Notes: a model not told the origin generated them from the letters alone. Positions 9,678 to 19,498 are shown, counted from the first letter of the stretch. The stretch is DNA of 64,000 nt from an uncultured delta proteobacterium (GCA_963808235.1 CAWEEQ010000004.1:2944001-3008000); one strand, 5' to 3'. A program made the numbers and translations.

Positions 9678-10421
9678 ATGGCTGATGTCCAAGCCGCCTC
9701 GAACGGGAAGCCGCGCTTCAGCCGTATCCTGCTGAAACTATCCGGAGAGGCGCTCGCCCCGGCTCAAGGCGCGGGACTCGACCTCGACGTGCTCGCCGAA
9801 ATCGCGCTCGAAATCAAGGAAGTTGCGGAGCTCGGAGTTCAGCTCGCCCTGGTGATCGGCGCCGGCAACTACATCCGCGGAATCGACTACGAAGGACGCG
9901 GGATGGATCGCTCGACCGCCGATCAGATGGGGATGCTGGCGACGGTTATCAACTCGCTTGCCCTGCAAAACGCGCTCGAGCACGTCGGTATCACGACCCG
10001 GGTCCTGTCCGCGATCGAGATGCAGGCGTTGTGCGAGCCATATATCCGCCGGCGCGCAGTCAGGCATCTCGAGAAAGGCCGCGTCGTGATCTTCGCCGCG
10101 GGCACCGGAAACCCGTACTTCACCACCGATACGGCCGCGAGCCTGCGCGCGATGGAAATCGGCGCCAAGGTAATCTTGAAGGCGAGCCACACCGTCGACG
10201 GGGTCTACGACCGCGATCCGGTTCGCGAACCAAACGCCAAACGCTTCGAACGCCTCACCTATATTGAGGTGTTGCAGAAGAATCTTAAGGTGATGGACTC
10301 GACGGCAATCTCGATGTGCATGGACAACCGGCTGCCGATCATCGTTTTTAATTTGCGCAAACCGGGTAATATAAGAAGGGCCGTGATGGGGGAGCCAATC
10401 GGAACCTGGGTGGAGAGCTGA
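9678..10421 (+). CDS. pyrH: UMP kinase
   Basis: [33 protein letters not shown]. Confidence 0.98.
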   Translation: MADVQAASNGKPRFSRILLKLSGEALAPAQGAGLDLDVLAEIALEIKEVAELGVQLALVIGAGNYIRGIDYEGRGMDRSTADQMGMLATVINSLALQNALEHVGITTRVLSAIEMQALCEPYIRRRAVRHLEKGRVVIFAAGTGNPYFTTDTAASLRAMEIGAKVILKASHTVDGVYDRDPVREPNAKRFERLTYIEVLQKNLKVMDSTAISMCMDNRLPIIVFNLRKPGNIRRAVMGEPIGTWVES

Positions 10422-10423
10422 TC

Positions 10424-10987
10424 GTGACTATGCTCACCGAAACAATCGAAGGCGCGCGCAAGGAAATGGACAAGACGGTCGAGGCGTTCCGCCACGAGCT
10501 CGCGCGAGTCCGCACCGGCCGCGCATCGACCGCGCTGGTCGAACATCTCCAGGTAAACTACTACGGCTCGAAGACTCCGCTCCGCCAGCTCGCCGGCCTG
10601 TCGGCACCCGAGCCGCGGCTGATAGTGATCACGCCTTACGATAAAGGCGCGATGCATGACATCGAGAAGGCGATTTCAACTTCCGATCTCGGGCTGACGC
10701 CGATGAACGACGGCAAAATAATCCGGATTCCCATTCCGGAGCTTACCGAAGAGCGCCGCCGCGACCTGGTCAAGCACGTGAAAAAGATTGCCGAGGAGTT
10801 CCGCGTCGGCATCAGGAACCATCGCCGCGACGCCAACGACATGCTGAAGGAACTGCACAAGGACAAGCAGGCCACCGAAGACGAAATGCGCGCCGGAGAG
10901 GCCAAAGTGCAGCAGTTTACGACCGAATTCATCGAAAAAATTGACAAAGTGCTCGCTGGCAAAGAAGCCGAAATCATGGAGGTCTGA
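10424..10987 (+). CDS. frr: ribosome recycling factor
   Basis: RTGRAS, IPELTEERR, RNHRRDAND; expected position after pyrH. Confidence 0.98.
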   Translation: MTMLTETIEGARKEMDKTVEAFRHELARVRTGRASTALVEHLQVNYYGSKTPLRQLAGLSAPEPRLIVITPYDKGAMHDIEKAISTSDLGLTPMNDGKIIRIPIPELTEERRRDLVKHVKKIAEEFRVGIRNHRRDANDMLKELHKDKQATEDEMRAGEAKVQQFTTEFIEKIDKVLAGKEAEIMEV

Positions 10988-11131
10988 GCTCGTCCCGAAC
11001 CGCGGCGAATCGCGGTTTCGGCAAAAATATTTTTTGACGGATCGAAGCTACCCATAGAGCCTATCGGCCCAAAACCACAAGGGGTGGTATAAATTGCTCT
11101 TTTCGGCCCACTTCGACCGGTCAGAATTTGG

Positions 11132-11935
11132 ATGAAACCAGAACACCAAGTGGCAATCTCACTACCGCTAAACGACTTCCCAAATCTCTCTCTCGATCCG
11201 TCGCGGATGCCGCGTCATGTGGCCATCGTGATGGACGGTAACGGGCGCTGGGCCAAACGGCGCGGACTCTCCCGCCACGAGGGTCATCGCCGCGGCAAGG
11301 ATTCCGTCCGCGCGGTCGTCGACGCGGCTCGCGAGGTCGGCATCCCGTATCTCACCCTCTATGCGTTTTCGAGCGAGAACTGGGGACGGCCGACGACCGA
11401 AGTCAGCTTCCTGATGGGACTATTTCATCGCTATCTCATCACTGAGACCAAGCGCCTGATGAAGCGCGATATCCGCGTGGTGGCTCTGGGAGATACCGAG
11501 CGGCTGCCGCCGCGCGTGCGAGAGGCGCTCGCCAAAACTGTCGAGGCGACTCGCGGCAACACTGCGATGACGGTTGCGCTCGCGCTGTCCTACGGAGGAC
11601 GCCAGGATATCGTCAATGCGGCGCGAGCGATCGCGCGCGCAGTCGCCGACGGCGCGATCTCTCCCGATGAAATCGACGAGCAGCTCTTGGCGCGCGCACT
11701 CACCACCAGCGACCTTCCCGATCCCGATCTTTTGATTCGCACTTCTGGCGAGCTTCGCGTCTCGAACTTCTTTCTCTTCCAGCTCGCCTACACCGAGCTC
11801 TACTTCACCGACACCCTGTGGCCTGACTTCCGCGAGCGCGAGTTCTTAAGTGCGCTCGCCGCGTACCAACTTCGCGAGCGCCGCTTCGGCGCAGTCCCGA
11901 ACGGCACCGTCCAGCGCCTGCGTGCTCAGAACTAG
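11132..11935 (+). CDS. uppS: undecaprenyl diphosphate synthase
   Basis: PRHVAIVMDGNGRWA, YAFSSENW, DLLIRTSGELRVSNF. Confidence 0.97.
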   Translation: MKPEHQVAISLPLNDFPNLSLDPSRMPRHVAIVMDGNGRWAKRRGLSRHEGHRRGKDSVRAVVDAAREVGIPYLTLYAFSSENWGRPTTEVSFLMGLFHRYLITETKRLMKRDIRVVALGDTERLPPRVREALAKTVEATRGNTAMTVALALSYGGRQDIVNAARAIARAVADGAISPDEIDEQLLARALTTSDLPDPDLLIRTSGELRVSNFFLFQLAYTELYFTDTLWPDFREREFLSALAAYQLRERRFGAVPNGTVQRLRAQN

Positions 11936-12707
11936 GATTCTGACCGCGGCGGTTCTCCTGCCCGCGGTCCTGGCCGCGATCGTCTTCACGCCCAACTGGT
12001 TCTTCACCGCGTTCATCGCCGCGCTTGGACTATTCGGTCTCTACGAGATCGCCGCGATGACCGGGACGCTGAAGCTCGTCGCAATCCCGCTCTACGCGGT
12101 GGTCGGCGGAGTGCCCCTCTTCGGACTCCTTTACGGTGACGACCCAGGATGGTGGCTGCCCGCGATCATCATCGTCGTGATGCTCGTGCTGGTCGCGCGA
12201 ATCGCGCTCGCCGGACGCGACGGCGCGCCGAGTGTGCCCGCTCTCGCCTTCACCGGCGCCGCCTATGTCGGCGCGCTGTTCCCCTACTTCGCGATGCTTC
12301 GCAACCGGCCCGGCGGCGTACAACTGGTTATCGTTGTTGTGCTGCTCGCCGTCGCGAGCGACAGCGGCGCGTACTTCATCGGGCGTCGTTTCGGACGGAC
12401 CAAGCTCGCCGAGAATGTAAGTCCGCAAAAGACAGTCGAAGGAGCACTAGGCGGAATGCTCGCGACGATCGCGGCAGGTATGATCCTGTTCTCGATGCTG
12501 GCGTTGCCGTGGCGCTTGGGCGCGGTGGTATTTTTTTCGGCTATGATTTCCTTATTCGCGCAACTGGGCGACCTCGCCGGTTCCGCACTCAAACGCGCGG
12601 CCGGAGTCAAGGACTCGGGATGGATTTTTCCGGGCCATGGCGGGCTGCTCGATCGAACATGTTCCCTAGTCTTCGCGATGGTTTTCACCTACTATTGGTC
12701 ACGTTGA
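11922..12707 (+). CDS. cdsA: phosphatidate cytidylyltransferase
   Basis: SDSGAYFIG, SPQKTVEG, KDSGWIFPGHGGLLDR; GTG start overlapping uppS. Confidence 0.95.
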   Translation: MLRTRILTAAVLLPAVLAAIVFTPNWFFTAFIAALGLFGLYEIAAMTGTLKLVAIPLYAVVGGVPLFGLLYGDDPGWWLPAIIIVVMLVLVARIALAGRDGAPSVPALAFTGAAYVGALFPYFAMLRNRPGGVQLVIVVVLLAVASDSGAYFIGRRFGRTKLAENVSPQKTVEGALGGMLATIAAGMILFSMLALPWRLGAVVFFSAMISLFAQLGDLAGSALKRAAGVKDSGWIFPGHGGLLDRTCSLVFAMVFTYYWSR

Positions 12708-12784
12708 CGCGATCTCAGGGGCGGTGAAATAGTTTTCAAAATGCTTGGGCTGATCGCGGCCAGGAATCTCACCGGCAGGTCTTG

Positions 12785-14128
12785 ATGATACACTCGATTG
12801 TTTCCTTTGCGCTCGTCTTCGCGGTTCTCGTGGTTGTGCATGAGGCCGGGCATTTCGCGATGGCGAAGAAGGTGGGAGTCCGCGTTCTCAGATTCTCGAT
12901 CGGCTACCCGCCAAGGCTATTCGGAATTCGGCGCGGTGAGACCGACTATGCTTTGGGCGCAGTTCCGTTCGGCGGCTACGTTCGGATGCTTGGCGACGAA
13001 GTCGGCGAAAATGCGAAGCCCGAAGAGCTCACCGTCTATCTGCACGAAGTCGGGCTCGATCTTATCGGCGCCGCGCGTGAGCATGGACCGATCCACACCG
13101 GGTTGGAATTCGACGATGGGTTGCGCGCGATTGCGGATCGACTCGCGACGGCCAGTCCCGCAAGCGTAATCGGGCGCGACATCAAACCCGATGAAGCGCT
13201 CCTGGTAAACGAACTCCGCCATCAAGCCAAAGTTGAAGACGTAATTAAATCGCTCGCCGAGAAACCTCCGGCGGCGCTCCTGGAATCGTTCCGGCAGCGC
13301 GCGTTCCCGACCCAGTCACTTGGCAAGCGGGTGCTGATAGTGCTCGCCGGCCCGCTTGCGAATCTCCTGTTCGCGCCCGTGCTGCTCACCTTGGTTTTCA
13401 TGACGGGCGTGCCCCAGCTTTTACCGGTAGTCGGTAAGGCCACTAAAGATCTTCCCGCGGCAAAGGCCGGACTTCTCGCCGGCGACCGGATTTTATCGGT
13501 CAACGGTCAGCCGGTGGAATCGTGGGATGATTTCTCGCGGACGATCAAGGCTGGCGACGGTTCCCCGATCAAGCTCGAGGTCACCCGGACGCAGGCCGGT
13601 TCGAGCCAGCCCACGACGGTACTGATAACGCCGACCCGGCTCGATCAAAAGACAGTCTACGGCACCAGCGCGACGACCTGGGTTATCGGCGTTCAGCCGC
13701 GCGGCGATGAGATAACGAAGCACTACGGCCCATTCGGCGCGGTCAAAGAAGCCTGCACGACCGCGGTCGAAATGACCTCTCAGATGGTGCTTGGTATCGC
13801 CAGCATCGTAGCCGGCTCGGTTCCGGTTAAAGATGCGCTCGGCGGGCCGATCATGATCGCGCAGATGGCGGGTAAGGAAGCGCACGAGGGGTTTGCGAGC
13901 CTCGCGATGTTTACCGTAATGCTCAGCCTGAATCTTGGTATAGTAAATCTGTTGCCGGTGCCGCTGCTCGACGGAGGGCATCTGCTGTTCTTTGCTTTCG
14001 AAGGTGTGCGCGGGAAGCCGCTGGAACTTCGCTATCGGGAGATGATGCTCCAGGTGGGTTTATTTTTGCTAGTGGCGCTGATGGCGTTTCTGATTTTCAA
14101 TGACATCTCGCGTGTTGTGCAGGGTTAA
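12785..14128 (+). CDS. rseP: RIP metalloprotease RseP
   Basis: HEAGH, GGYVRM, PDZ domain, NLLPVPLLDGGH. Confidence 0.95.
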   Translation: MIHSIVSFALVFAVLVVVHEAGHFAMAKKVGVRVLRFSIGYPPRLFGIRRGETDYALGAVPFGGYVRMLGDEVGENAKPEELTVYLHEVGLDLIGAAREHGPIHTGLEFDDGLRAIADRLATASPASVIGRDIKPDEALLVNELRHQAKVEDVIKSLAEKPPAALLESFRQRAFPTQSLGKRVLIVLAGPLANLLFAPVLLTLVFMTGVPQLLPVVGKATKDLPAAKAGLLAGDRILSVNGQPVESWDDFSRTIKAGDGSPIKLEVTRTQAGSSQPTTVLITPTRLDQKTVYGTSATTWVIGVQPRGDEITKHYGPFGAVKEACTTAVEMTSQMVLGIASIVAGSVPVKDALGGPIMIAQMAGKEAHEGFASLAMFTVMLSLNLGIVNLLPVPLLDGGHLLFFAFEGVRGKPLELRYREMMLQVGLFLLVALMAFLIFNDISRVVQG

Positions 14129-14927
14129 CCGGCTGCTCGAGCAAGCGGCCGCGACGGGCCCGGTCCTGGGACTCGATACCTCCACTCAAATCGCAAGCCT
14201 CGCGATTGTTGCCGGCGGCCGGGTGGCCGGCTCGCGATCGCTCGCCCGTCCCCTGAGCTCGCACGCATCGTCGCTGCCCGGCGTCGTCGATGAACTCTTA
14301 TCGGTGTCGGGCTTGAAGATTCGCGACCTCAAAGCGATCGCGGTTGGAATCGGCCCTGGCTCGTTCACCGGTCTTCGTATCGGCCTCAGCTATGCCAAGG
14401 GAATCGCGATGGCGTCGGGGTGCGCGACGCTCGGCGTGCCCGGGTTTGACGCGATGGCGTTAACTGCGCTCGAGCGCGACAATATCGACTGCGGCCGGCT
14501 GGTCGCCGTCGTTGTGGATGCCCGCAAGGGCGAAGTCTACGCGGCCCTTTACCGGGTCGTGAAAGATGGGCTAGAGAAATTAACAGAGGAGCTGGTAGTC
14601 ACGCTCGAACACTTGGCATCGCGCATCACCGAGGACGTAACGTTCATTGGTGATTCAGGAGCGAAGGATGCGGCGGCCTTGATCGGCAAGCGGGGCCATA
14701 TGGTGGCGGTTTTCGAAACAGGAACGCTCGATTTGCGCGGAGTCTCGATCGCGGCGATTGGCGCCGCGCGGTTCGCCCGTGGCGAAATTGATCCGGCGGC
14801 TCTACTCGAGCCGCTCTACATCAGAACGCCGGACGCAACTTTCAAGCCCAACTTGAAGGGTCCGGCGCTCACTAGCACGGAGGGCGTATGGAGCATCGAG
14901 AGGAAGAACTCATTCGGCAGCATCTGA
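14100..14927 (+). CDS. tsaB: tRNA threonylcarbamoyladenosine biosynthesis protein TsaB
   Basis: LGLDTST, GPGSFTGLRIG, DARKGEVY, EPLYIR; start position uncertain. Confidence 0.93.
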   Translation: MTSRVLCRVNRLLEQAAATGPVLGLDTSTQIASLAIVAGGRVAGSRSLARPLSSHASSLPGVVDELLSVSGLKIRDLKAIAVGIGPGSFTGLRIGLSYAKGIAMASGCATLGVPGFDAMALTALERDNIDCGRLVAVVVDARKGEVYAALYRVVKDGLEKLTEELVVTLEHLASRITEDVTFIGDSGAKDAAALIGKRGHMVAVFETGTLDLRGVSIAAIGAARFARGEIDPAALLEPLYIRTPDATFKPNLKGPALTSTEGVWSIERKNSFGSI

Positions 14928-15118
14928 CCCACGACGAGGATTTGAGGGCCCTCTACGTCGAGCACCAGGAGCTCAAACGCAAGCTCGAAACCTTTAGAAG
15001 TAAACACTACCTGACCAACGAAGAGGAAATCGAAGAAAAACGAATCCAGAAGCTCAAGCTGGCCTCGAAAGATCGCATGATGGCGATCCTCGGGCGCTAT
15101 CAGCACGAGGCCCGCTGA
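14888..15118 (+). CDS. DUF465/YdcH-family small coiled-coil protein
   Basis: EHQELK...LT.EEEIE.KR.QKLKL..KD pattern; GGAGG RBS. Confidence 0.8.
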   Translation: MEHREEELIRQHLTHDEDLRALYVEHQELKRKLETFRSKHYLTNEEEIEEKRIQKLKLASKDRMMAILGRYQHEAR

Positions 15119-15155
15119 ACCACGGTCCCGGCCATGAGCGCGCGCACTCCACCGC

Positions 15156-15689
15156 ATGACAAGTCACACAATATCGGTCCTGGTAGAAAACGAATTCGGC
15201 GTGCTCGCGCGCGTGGCCGGGCTTTTTTCCGGCCGCGGATATAACATCGAGTCCCTCACCGTCAACGAGGATCCCCTCGACCCGACGGTGTCGAGAATCG
15301 TGTTGGTCACCAGCGGTGACGACCAGATCGTCGAGCAGATCAACAAGCAGCTCAACAAGCTGGTCTCGGTAATCAAAATTACGGACTTCAAGGACGTCGA
15401 GACGATCGACCGCGAGATGGTCATCGTAAAGGTCGCGGTCGACGAGCGCACCCGCTCGGAACTCGACTCGATCGTGACCGCGTTTCGCGCCCACGTGATC
15501 GATATCGGTCCTCGCGCGATCGCCGTCGAGCTGACCGGCGACTCGGAAAAGATCAAGGCGTTCATCTCGATCGTGCGGCCGCTCGGAATCAAGGAAGTGG
15601 TGCGCTCGGGCAAGGTCGCGATGGCGCGCGCGGTCCAGCCGAACACCGACAACAACAATAATGGCCGCCGTAAGCGCGACGCGGAATAA
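15156..15689 (+). CDS. ilvN: acetolactate synthase small subunit
   Basis: ISVLVENEFGVLARVAGLFSGRGYNIESL. Confidence 0.96.
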   Translation: MTSHTISVLVENEFGVLARVAGLFSGRGYNIESLTVNEDPLDPTVSRIVLVTSGDDQIVEQINKQLNKLVSVIKITDFKDVETIDREMVIVKVAVDERTRSELDSIVTAFRAHVIDIGPRAIAVELTGDSEKIKAFISIVRPLGIKEVVRSGKVAMARAVQPNTDNNNNGRRKRDAE

Positions 15690-15722
15690 TCTCAGCGCAG
15701 AACAACTCGGGAGAACATCGAA

Positions 15723-16739
15723 ATGAAGGTTTTTTACGACCGCGACGCGGACTTGTCCGCGCTCAAGGGAAAGAAGATCGCGGTCATTGGCTTTGGAAGC
15801 CAGGGCCATGCGCATGCGCTCAATCTGCGCGACAGCGGGATGGACGTATGCGTCGGGCTCGGCAAGACTTCCGCCTCGCGCGAAAAGGCAACTAAGCAGG
15901 GTCTCAAGGTCTTCGATACCGCCGACGCCGCAAAGCATGCCGACGTGATCATGATCCTGGTGCCCGACGAAATGGGCTCGGAGATTTACGACGCGGAGAT
16001 CAAGCCGCATTTGACCAAGGGCAAGTATCTCGCCTTCGGCCACGGCTTCAATATCCATTTCAAATTCATCAAGCCGCCGGCCGACGTGAACGTCTTCATG
16101 ATCGCGCCCAAGGGACCGGGCCACCTGGTCCGCTCCGAGTACGTTAAGGGGCGCGGCGTTCCGTGCCTGCTCGCGGTGCAGCAGGATCCCTCCGGCGACA
16201 CCGCCAAGGTCGGGCTTGCGTACGGAAGCGCGATCGGCGGCGGACGCGCGGCGATTATCGAAACGAGCTTCAAGGAAGAAACCGAAACCGACCTGTTCGG
16301 CGAGCAGTCGGTCCTGTGCGGAGGCCTTACCGAACTGATTCGCGCCGGCTACGAGACGCTGGTCGAAGCCGGCTACGCGCCCGAGATGGCTTACTTCGAA
16401 TGCCTGCATGAAGTGAAGCTGATCGTGGACCTGATCTACGAGGGCGGAATCTCCAACATGCGCTACTCGATCAGCAACACCGCCGAGTACGGCGACATGA
16501 CGCGCGGCAGCAAGGTGGTCGGCAAGGAGTCGCGTGAAGCGATGAAAAAGATCCTCGCCGACATCCAGTCGGGCAAGTTCGCCAACGAATGGATCGGCGA
16601 CTACAAGGCCGGGCTCCCGAGTTTCCGCGAGCATCGCAAGGAAGCCCAAAACCATCCGATCGAGGAAGTCGGCCGCAAGCTGCGCGCCTTCATGCCCTGG
16701 CTAGCCAGCGACCGCCTGGTCGACAAGTCGAAGAACTAG
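15723..16739 (+). CDS. ilvC: ketol-acid reductoisomerase
   Basis: [35 protein letters not shown]. Confidence 0.98.
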   Translation: MKVFYDRDADLSALKGKKIAVIGFGSQGHAHALNLRDSGMDVCVGLGKTSASREKATKQGLKVFDTADAAKHADVIMILVPDEMGSEIYDAEIKPHLTKGKYLAFGHGFNIHFKFIKPPADVNVFMIAPKGPGHLVRSEYVKGRGVPCLLAVQQDPSGDTAKVGLAYGSAIGGGRAAIIETSFKEETETDLFGEQSVLCGGLTELIRAGYETLVEAGYAPEMAYFECLHEVKLIVDLIYEGGISNMRYSISNTAEYGDMTRGSKVVGKESREAMKKILADIQSGKFANEWIGDYKAGLPSFREHRKEAQNHPIEEVGRKLRAFMPWLASDRLVDKSKN

Positions 16740-16783
16740 GCGGCTGTTAAAATAGTGGCCCGGTGGACGGACCTCTTCCGCTG

Positions 16784-16799
16784 ATGTACACTTGTGCAT
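16784..16799. promoter_or_regulatory. palindromic operator candidate for BrnTA
   Basis: ATGTACA-CT-TGTGCAT, a 6/7 inverted repeat 12 bp upstream of the toxin start. Confidence 0.45.
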
Positions 16800-16811
16800 A
16801 TTCGGACCGGC

Positions 16812-17084
16812 GTGGATTTTGAATGGGACGAGCGGAAGGCGCGGACGAATCTTCGCAGGCACCGGGTCGACTTCGCCGACGCAGCCACGGTTTTCGAGGA
16901 TGATCGCGCCGTGACGGTCGCTGACGAGGACTCGGATGAAGAACGCTACTCAACGATAGGCTTGGACGCGCTCGGCAGGGGGTTGGTCGTGATTTACACC
17001 GTGCGTGGCAAGCGGATTAGGATCATCTCCGCGCGACGAGCCACGCGGCGCGAGCGCGCGGAGTACGAGAAACGTGATTTATGA
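16812..17084 (+). CDS. BrnT-family toxin
   Basis: FEWDERKARTNLRRHRVDF...EERY...RIISARRATRRE. Confidence 0.92.
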   Translation: MDFEWDERKARTNLRRHRVDFADAATVFEDDRAVTVADEDSDEERYSTIGLDALGRGLVVIYTVRGKRIRIISARRATRRERAEYEKRDL

Positions 17085-17362
17085 AACGCGAATACGATTT
17101 CAGCAAGGGCAGGCGTGGTCCCGTGGTGCCACTCGAGCTGGGCAAGACCAGGATCACAATCCGGCTGGACAACAAAGTTCTCGATCACTTCCGCAAGCGC
17201 GTCCATGAAATGGGCGGTGGCAACTATCAGACCCTCATCAACGACGCGCTTCGCGAGCACATCCGACGCGGCGGCATCGAGGCGGCAGTTCGTCGCGCCG
17301 TGCGCGAGGAGTTGAAGGACGCGGGCCTCAAACGCGCCGCAGGCAATGGCGGGCGAGACTGA
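17081..17362 (+). CDS. BrnA-family antitoxin
   Basis: EYDFSKG, KTRITIRLD, NYQTLINDALR; ATGA overlap with the toxin. Confidence 0.92.
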   Translation: MKREYDFSKGRRGPVVPLELGKTRITIRLDNKVLDHFRKRVHEMGGGNYQTLINDALREHIRRGGIEAAVRRAVREELKDAGLKRAAGNGGRD

Positions 17363-18045
17363 TAGTGGACGCCCTCAGCCGGGCGCCGTGATTGGGCGAA
17401 TCGCGCGCGCGATCGGAATCGCTGCGGAAGGCGCGATGCTGTCGTTAGGATTGGCCGCTGCCGGAATCGTCCTCATCGTGCTCGGGCTGAAGATCGTCGG
17501 CGCGATCGTTGTCCTGATCGCGTTGCCAATAGCGCTCTTCTTTCGCGATCCGGATCGCTTCCCCACCAAAACCGAAAATGTCGTGATTTCCGGCGCTGAC
17601 GGCAAAGTCACCGACGTCTCCGAGGTGCCGTTTCCCGGCGGAACCGGCCAACTCTACCATCGCGTGTCGGTCTTCATGTCGCCGCTCAACGTTCACGTCA
17701 ATCGCGCCCCGGTCGGCGGCGAAGTCACGATGGTCGAGCACACGGCGGGCGAGTTCCGCGCCGCGTTTCGCGACGACGCGAGCGAGCACAACGAGCGCAA
17801 TATGATTGCGATGACCGACGCCCAGGGACGCATCTTCGCGATGATCCAGGTCGCCGGATACCTCGCGCGGCGGATCATATGCCGGCTGCGCGCCCATGAT
17901 AGAATACAAGCCAGGGCAGCGGATCGGCCTGATCATGTTCGGAAGCCGGGTGGATCATTTCTTCCCGTCCGAATATCGGGTCACGGTCGCAGCCGGTCAA
18001 CGGGTCCGCGCCGGAGTGACGATTATCGGAGACGTCGAGCAATGA
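17346..18045 (+). CDS. psd: phosphatidylserine decarboxylase (frameshift near 17912)
   Basis: FFRDPDR, ADGKV, FMSPLNVHVNRAP, NERN. Continues in another frame as GQRIGLIMFGSRVD (pyruvoyl FGS motif) to TGA at 18045. Confidence 0.9.
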
Positions 18046-18979
18046 GCCGCAATTCACGCCGCTCGCGCGAAGAACGCGCACGGATGGAAATGATCACGGG
18101 CGAGGTCGCGAGCAGGGACGCGCACCAGAACCGTTCCGCAAACCGGACAGCGCGATTCGCCGCGGCGTCTACCTGGTTCCCGCCACGATCACGTCGATCG
18201 GCCTGCTCTCGGGCTTCTACTCGATGGTCTCCGCGGTGACGGGCCACTTCGAGGTGGCGGCGGTGATGATCATCATCGCGTTCGTGTGCGACGGCCTCGA
18301 CGGTCGCATCGCGCGCGCGTCGCGCACCTCGAGCCAGTTCGGCGTCGAGTACGACAGCCTGTCCGACGTGGTCGCGTTCGGCGTGGCGCCGGCGATGCTC
18401 GCATTCTCGTGGGCGCTCAAGCCAATAGGCTCGCTCGGAATCGGCGTGGCCGGACTCTTCGTGCTGTGCGCTGCGCTGCGATTGGCGCGCTTCAACGTCC
18501 AGACCGCGAGCGCGGACAAGAGCCGCTTCGTTGGATTGCCGGTGCCAGGCGCGGCAATCATGATCTCCGGACTCTCGCTCGCATATAGCTACTTCGAGCT
18601 CGATTCGCCGCGCACGCTATGCACCCTGATGGTGCCGATCACTCTCGCACTCGGCGGCCTGATGATCTCGCGGGTACCCTACCCCAGCTTCAAAACGATC
18701 AAACTCGAAAAGCGCGCTCAGGTCGAAGTGGTGATCGCGATGATGGTGTCCGTGGCAATGCTGGTCGTCATGTTCCATCTCACCGCCTTCCTGCTCTCGA
18801 CCGCTTATGTGCTCTCGGGGCCCGCGTTGATGCTGCGTGGCGAACAGATGAGCGCCAAGGTCCCGGTGCTGCGTCCGGTCGCTGCGGCAAAACCGCAAGA
18901 CGCAAATGGCAGTGCGCCCGGCGCCGCCGCTGCTCGACGCACCGGCAGCCTGCGCGAGCATCCACCGGAGCATCGATAG
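18042..18979 (+). CDS. pssA: CDP-diacylglycerol--serine O-phosphatidyltransferase (frameshift near 18157)
   Basis: DGLDGRIAR, FGVEYDSLSDVVAFGVAP, LRLARFN. N-terminal RRGVYLVP lies across a frameshift from ATG 18042. Confidence 0.9.
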
Positions 18980-19009
18980 AATCGCGCTCGGTTTGGGGGG
19001 ACTGACGTA

Positions 19010-19285
19010 ATGAATCTGCGCCACGCAACTGCGCTCGCGCTTGTGGGCTGGTATCTGATCGTGCCTTCCAAAGAGGAGAAACCACCATACTGGGCGGGCA
19101 CGGGCGAGATGTTTATGGACCAACGAGACTGTGAGAAGGCGGCGGCTCGCTTACGGCAAGACGCCTACGGCCAGTCGGCTGTAGATCATGCCCAATCAGA
19201 TCAAGACGCTTTAGAGCAGGCGCTCACTATTTGGCAAATGGAGAATGCCGCGTGTTCCGACGATCCGCGCCTCAAAGGAAATTAA
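19010..19285 (+). CDS. small exported protein, 'VGWYL...DDPRL' family, copy 3
   Basis: MNLRHATALALVGWYLIVPS...FMDQRDCE...CSDDPRLKGN*. Confidence 0.8.
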   Translation: MNLRHATALALVGWYLIVPSKEEKPPYWAGTGEMFMDQRDCEKAAARLRQDAYGQSAVDHAQSDQDALEQALTIWQMENAACSDDPRLKGN

Positions 19286-19337
19286 GACACTCGCGTTTTC
19301 AAATTCAGACACTCAACCCCAAATTAAGACAGCACCC
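19279..19337 (+). repeat. three tandem degenerate copies of AAATT(A/C)AGACA
   Basis: AAATTAAGACACTC (19279), AAATTCAGACACTC (19301), AAATTAAGACAGCACCC (19321). Confidence 0.75.
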
Positions 19338-19352
19338 TTGGGTTTTACTCGC

Positions 19353-19382
19353 TTGACTGTGCTCTCTGCGCGCGCTTAGAAT
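19353..19382 (+). promoter_or_regulatory. sigma70-type promoter of the leuA leader
   Basis: TTGACT, 18 bp spacer, TAGAAT. Confidence 0.6.
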
Positions 19383-19391
19383 CCATACACT

Positions 19392-19475
19392 ATGTTTTGC
19401 AACCTGCTACCGGAGCTGCTGCTTAGCCTGGCCCTTACAAGGGCCCACGCCAGGCGCGCGTCCGGACAGGTCTGA
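19392..19475 (+). CDS. leucine-rich leader peptide (attenuator)
   Basis: MFCNLLPELLLSLALTRAHARRASGQV*: 7 Leu in the first 15 codons, including CTA and CTT. Confidence 0.8.
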   Translation: MFCNLLPELLLSLALTRAHARRASGQV

Positions 19476-19498
19476 CAAGCCTGATTAAACTGAGACAC

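Noticed and set aside
17346-18979. psd and pssA as true pseudogenes or programmed frameshifts
   Set aside because: Single indels with otherwise intact motifs; the same pattern recurs across the window and fits sequencing error.
19279-19337. Mini-CRISPR array
   Set aside because: Repeats are only ~12-14 bp and degenerate, spacers are under 10 bp, and no cas genes are present.
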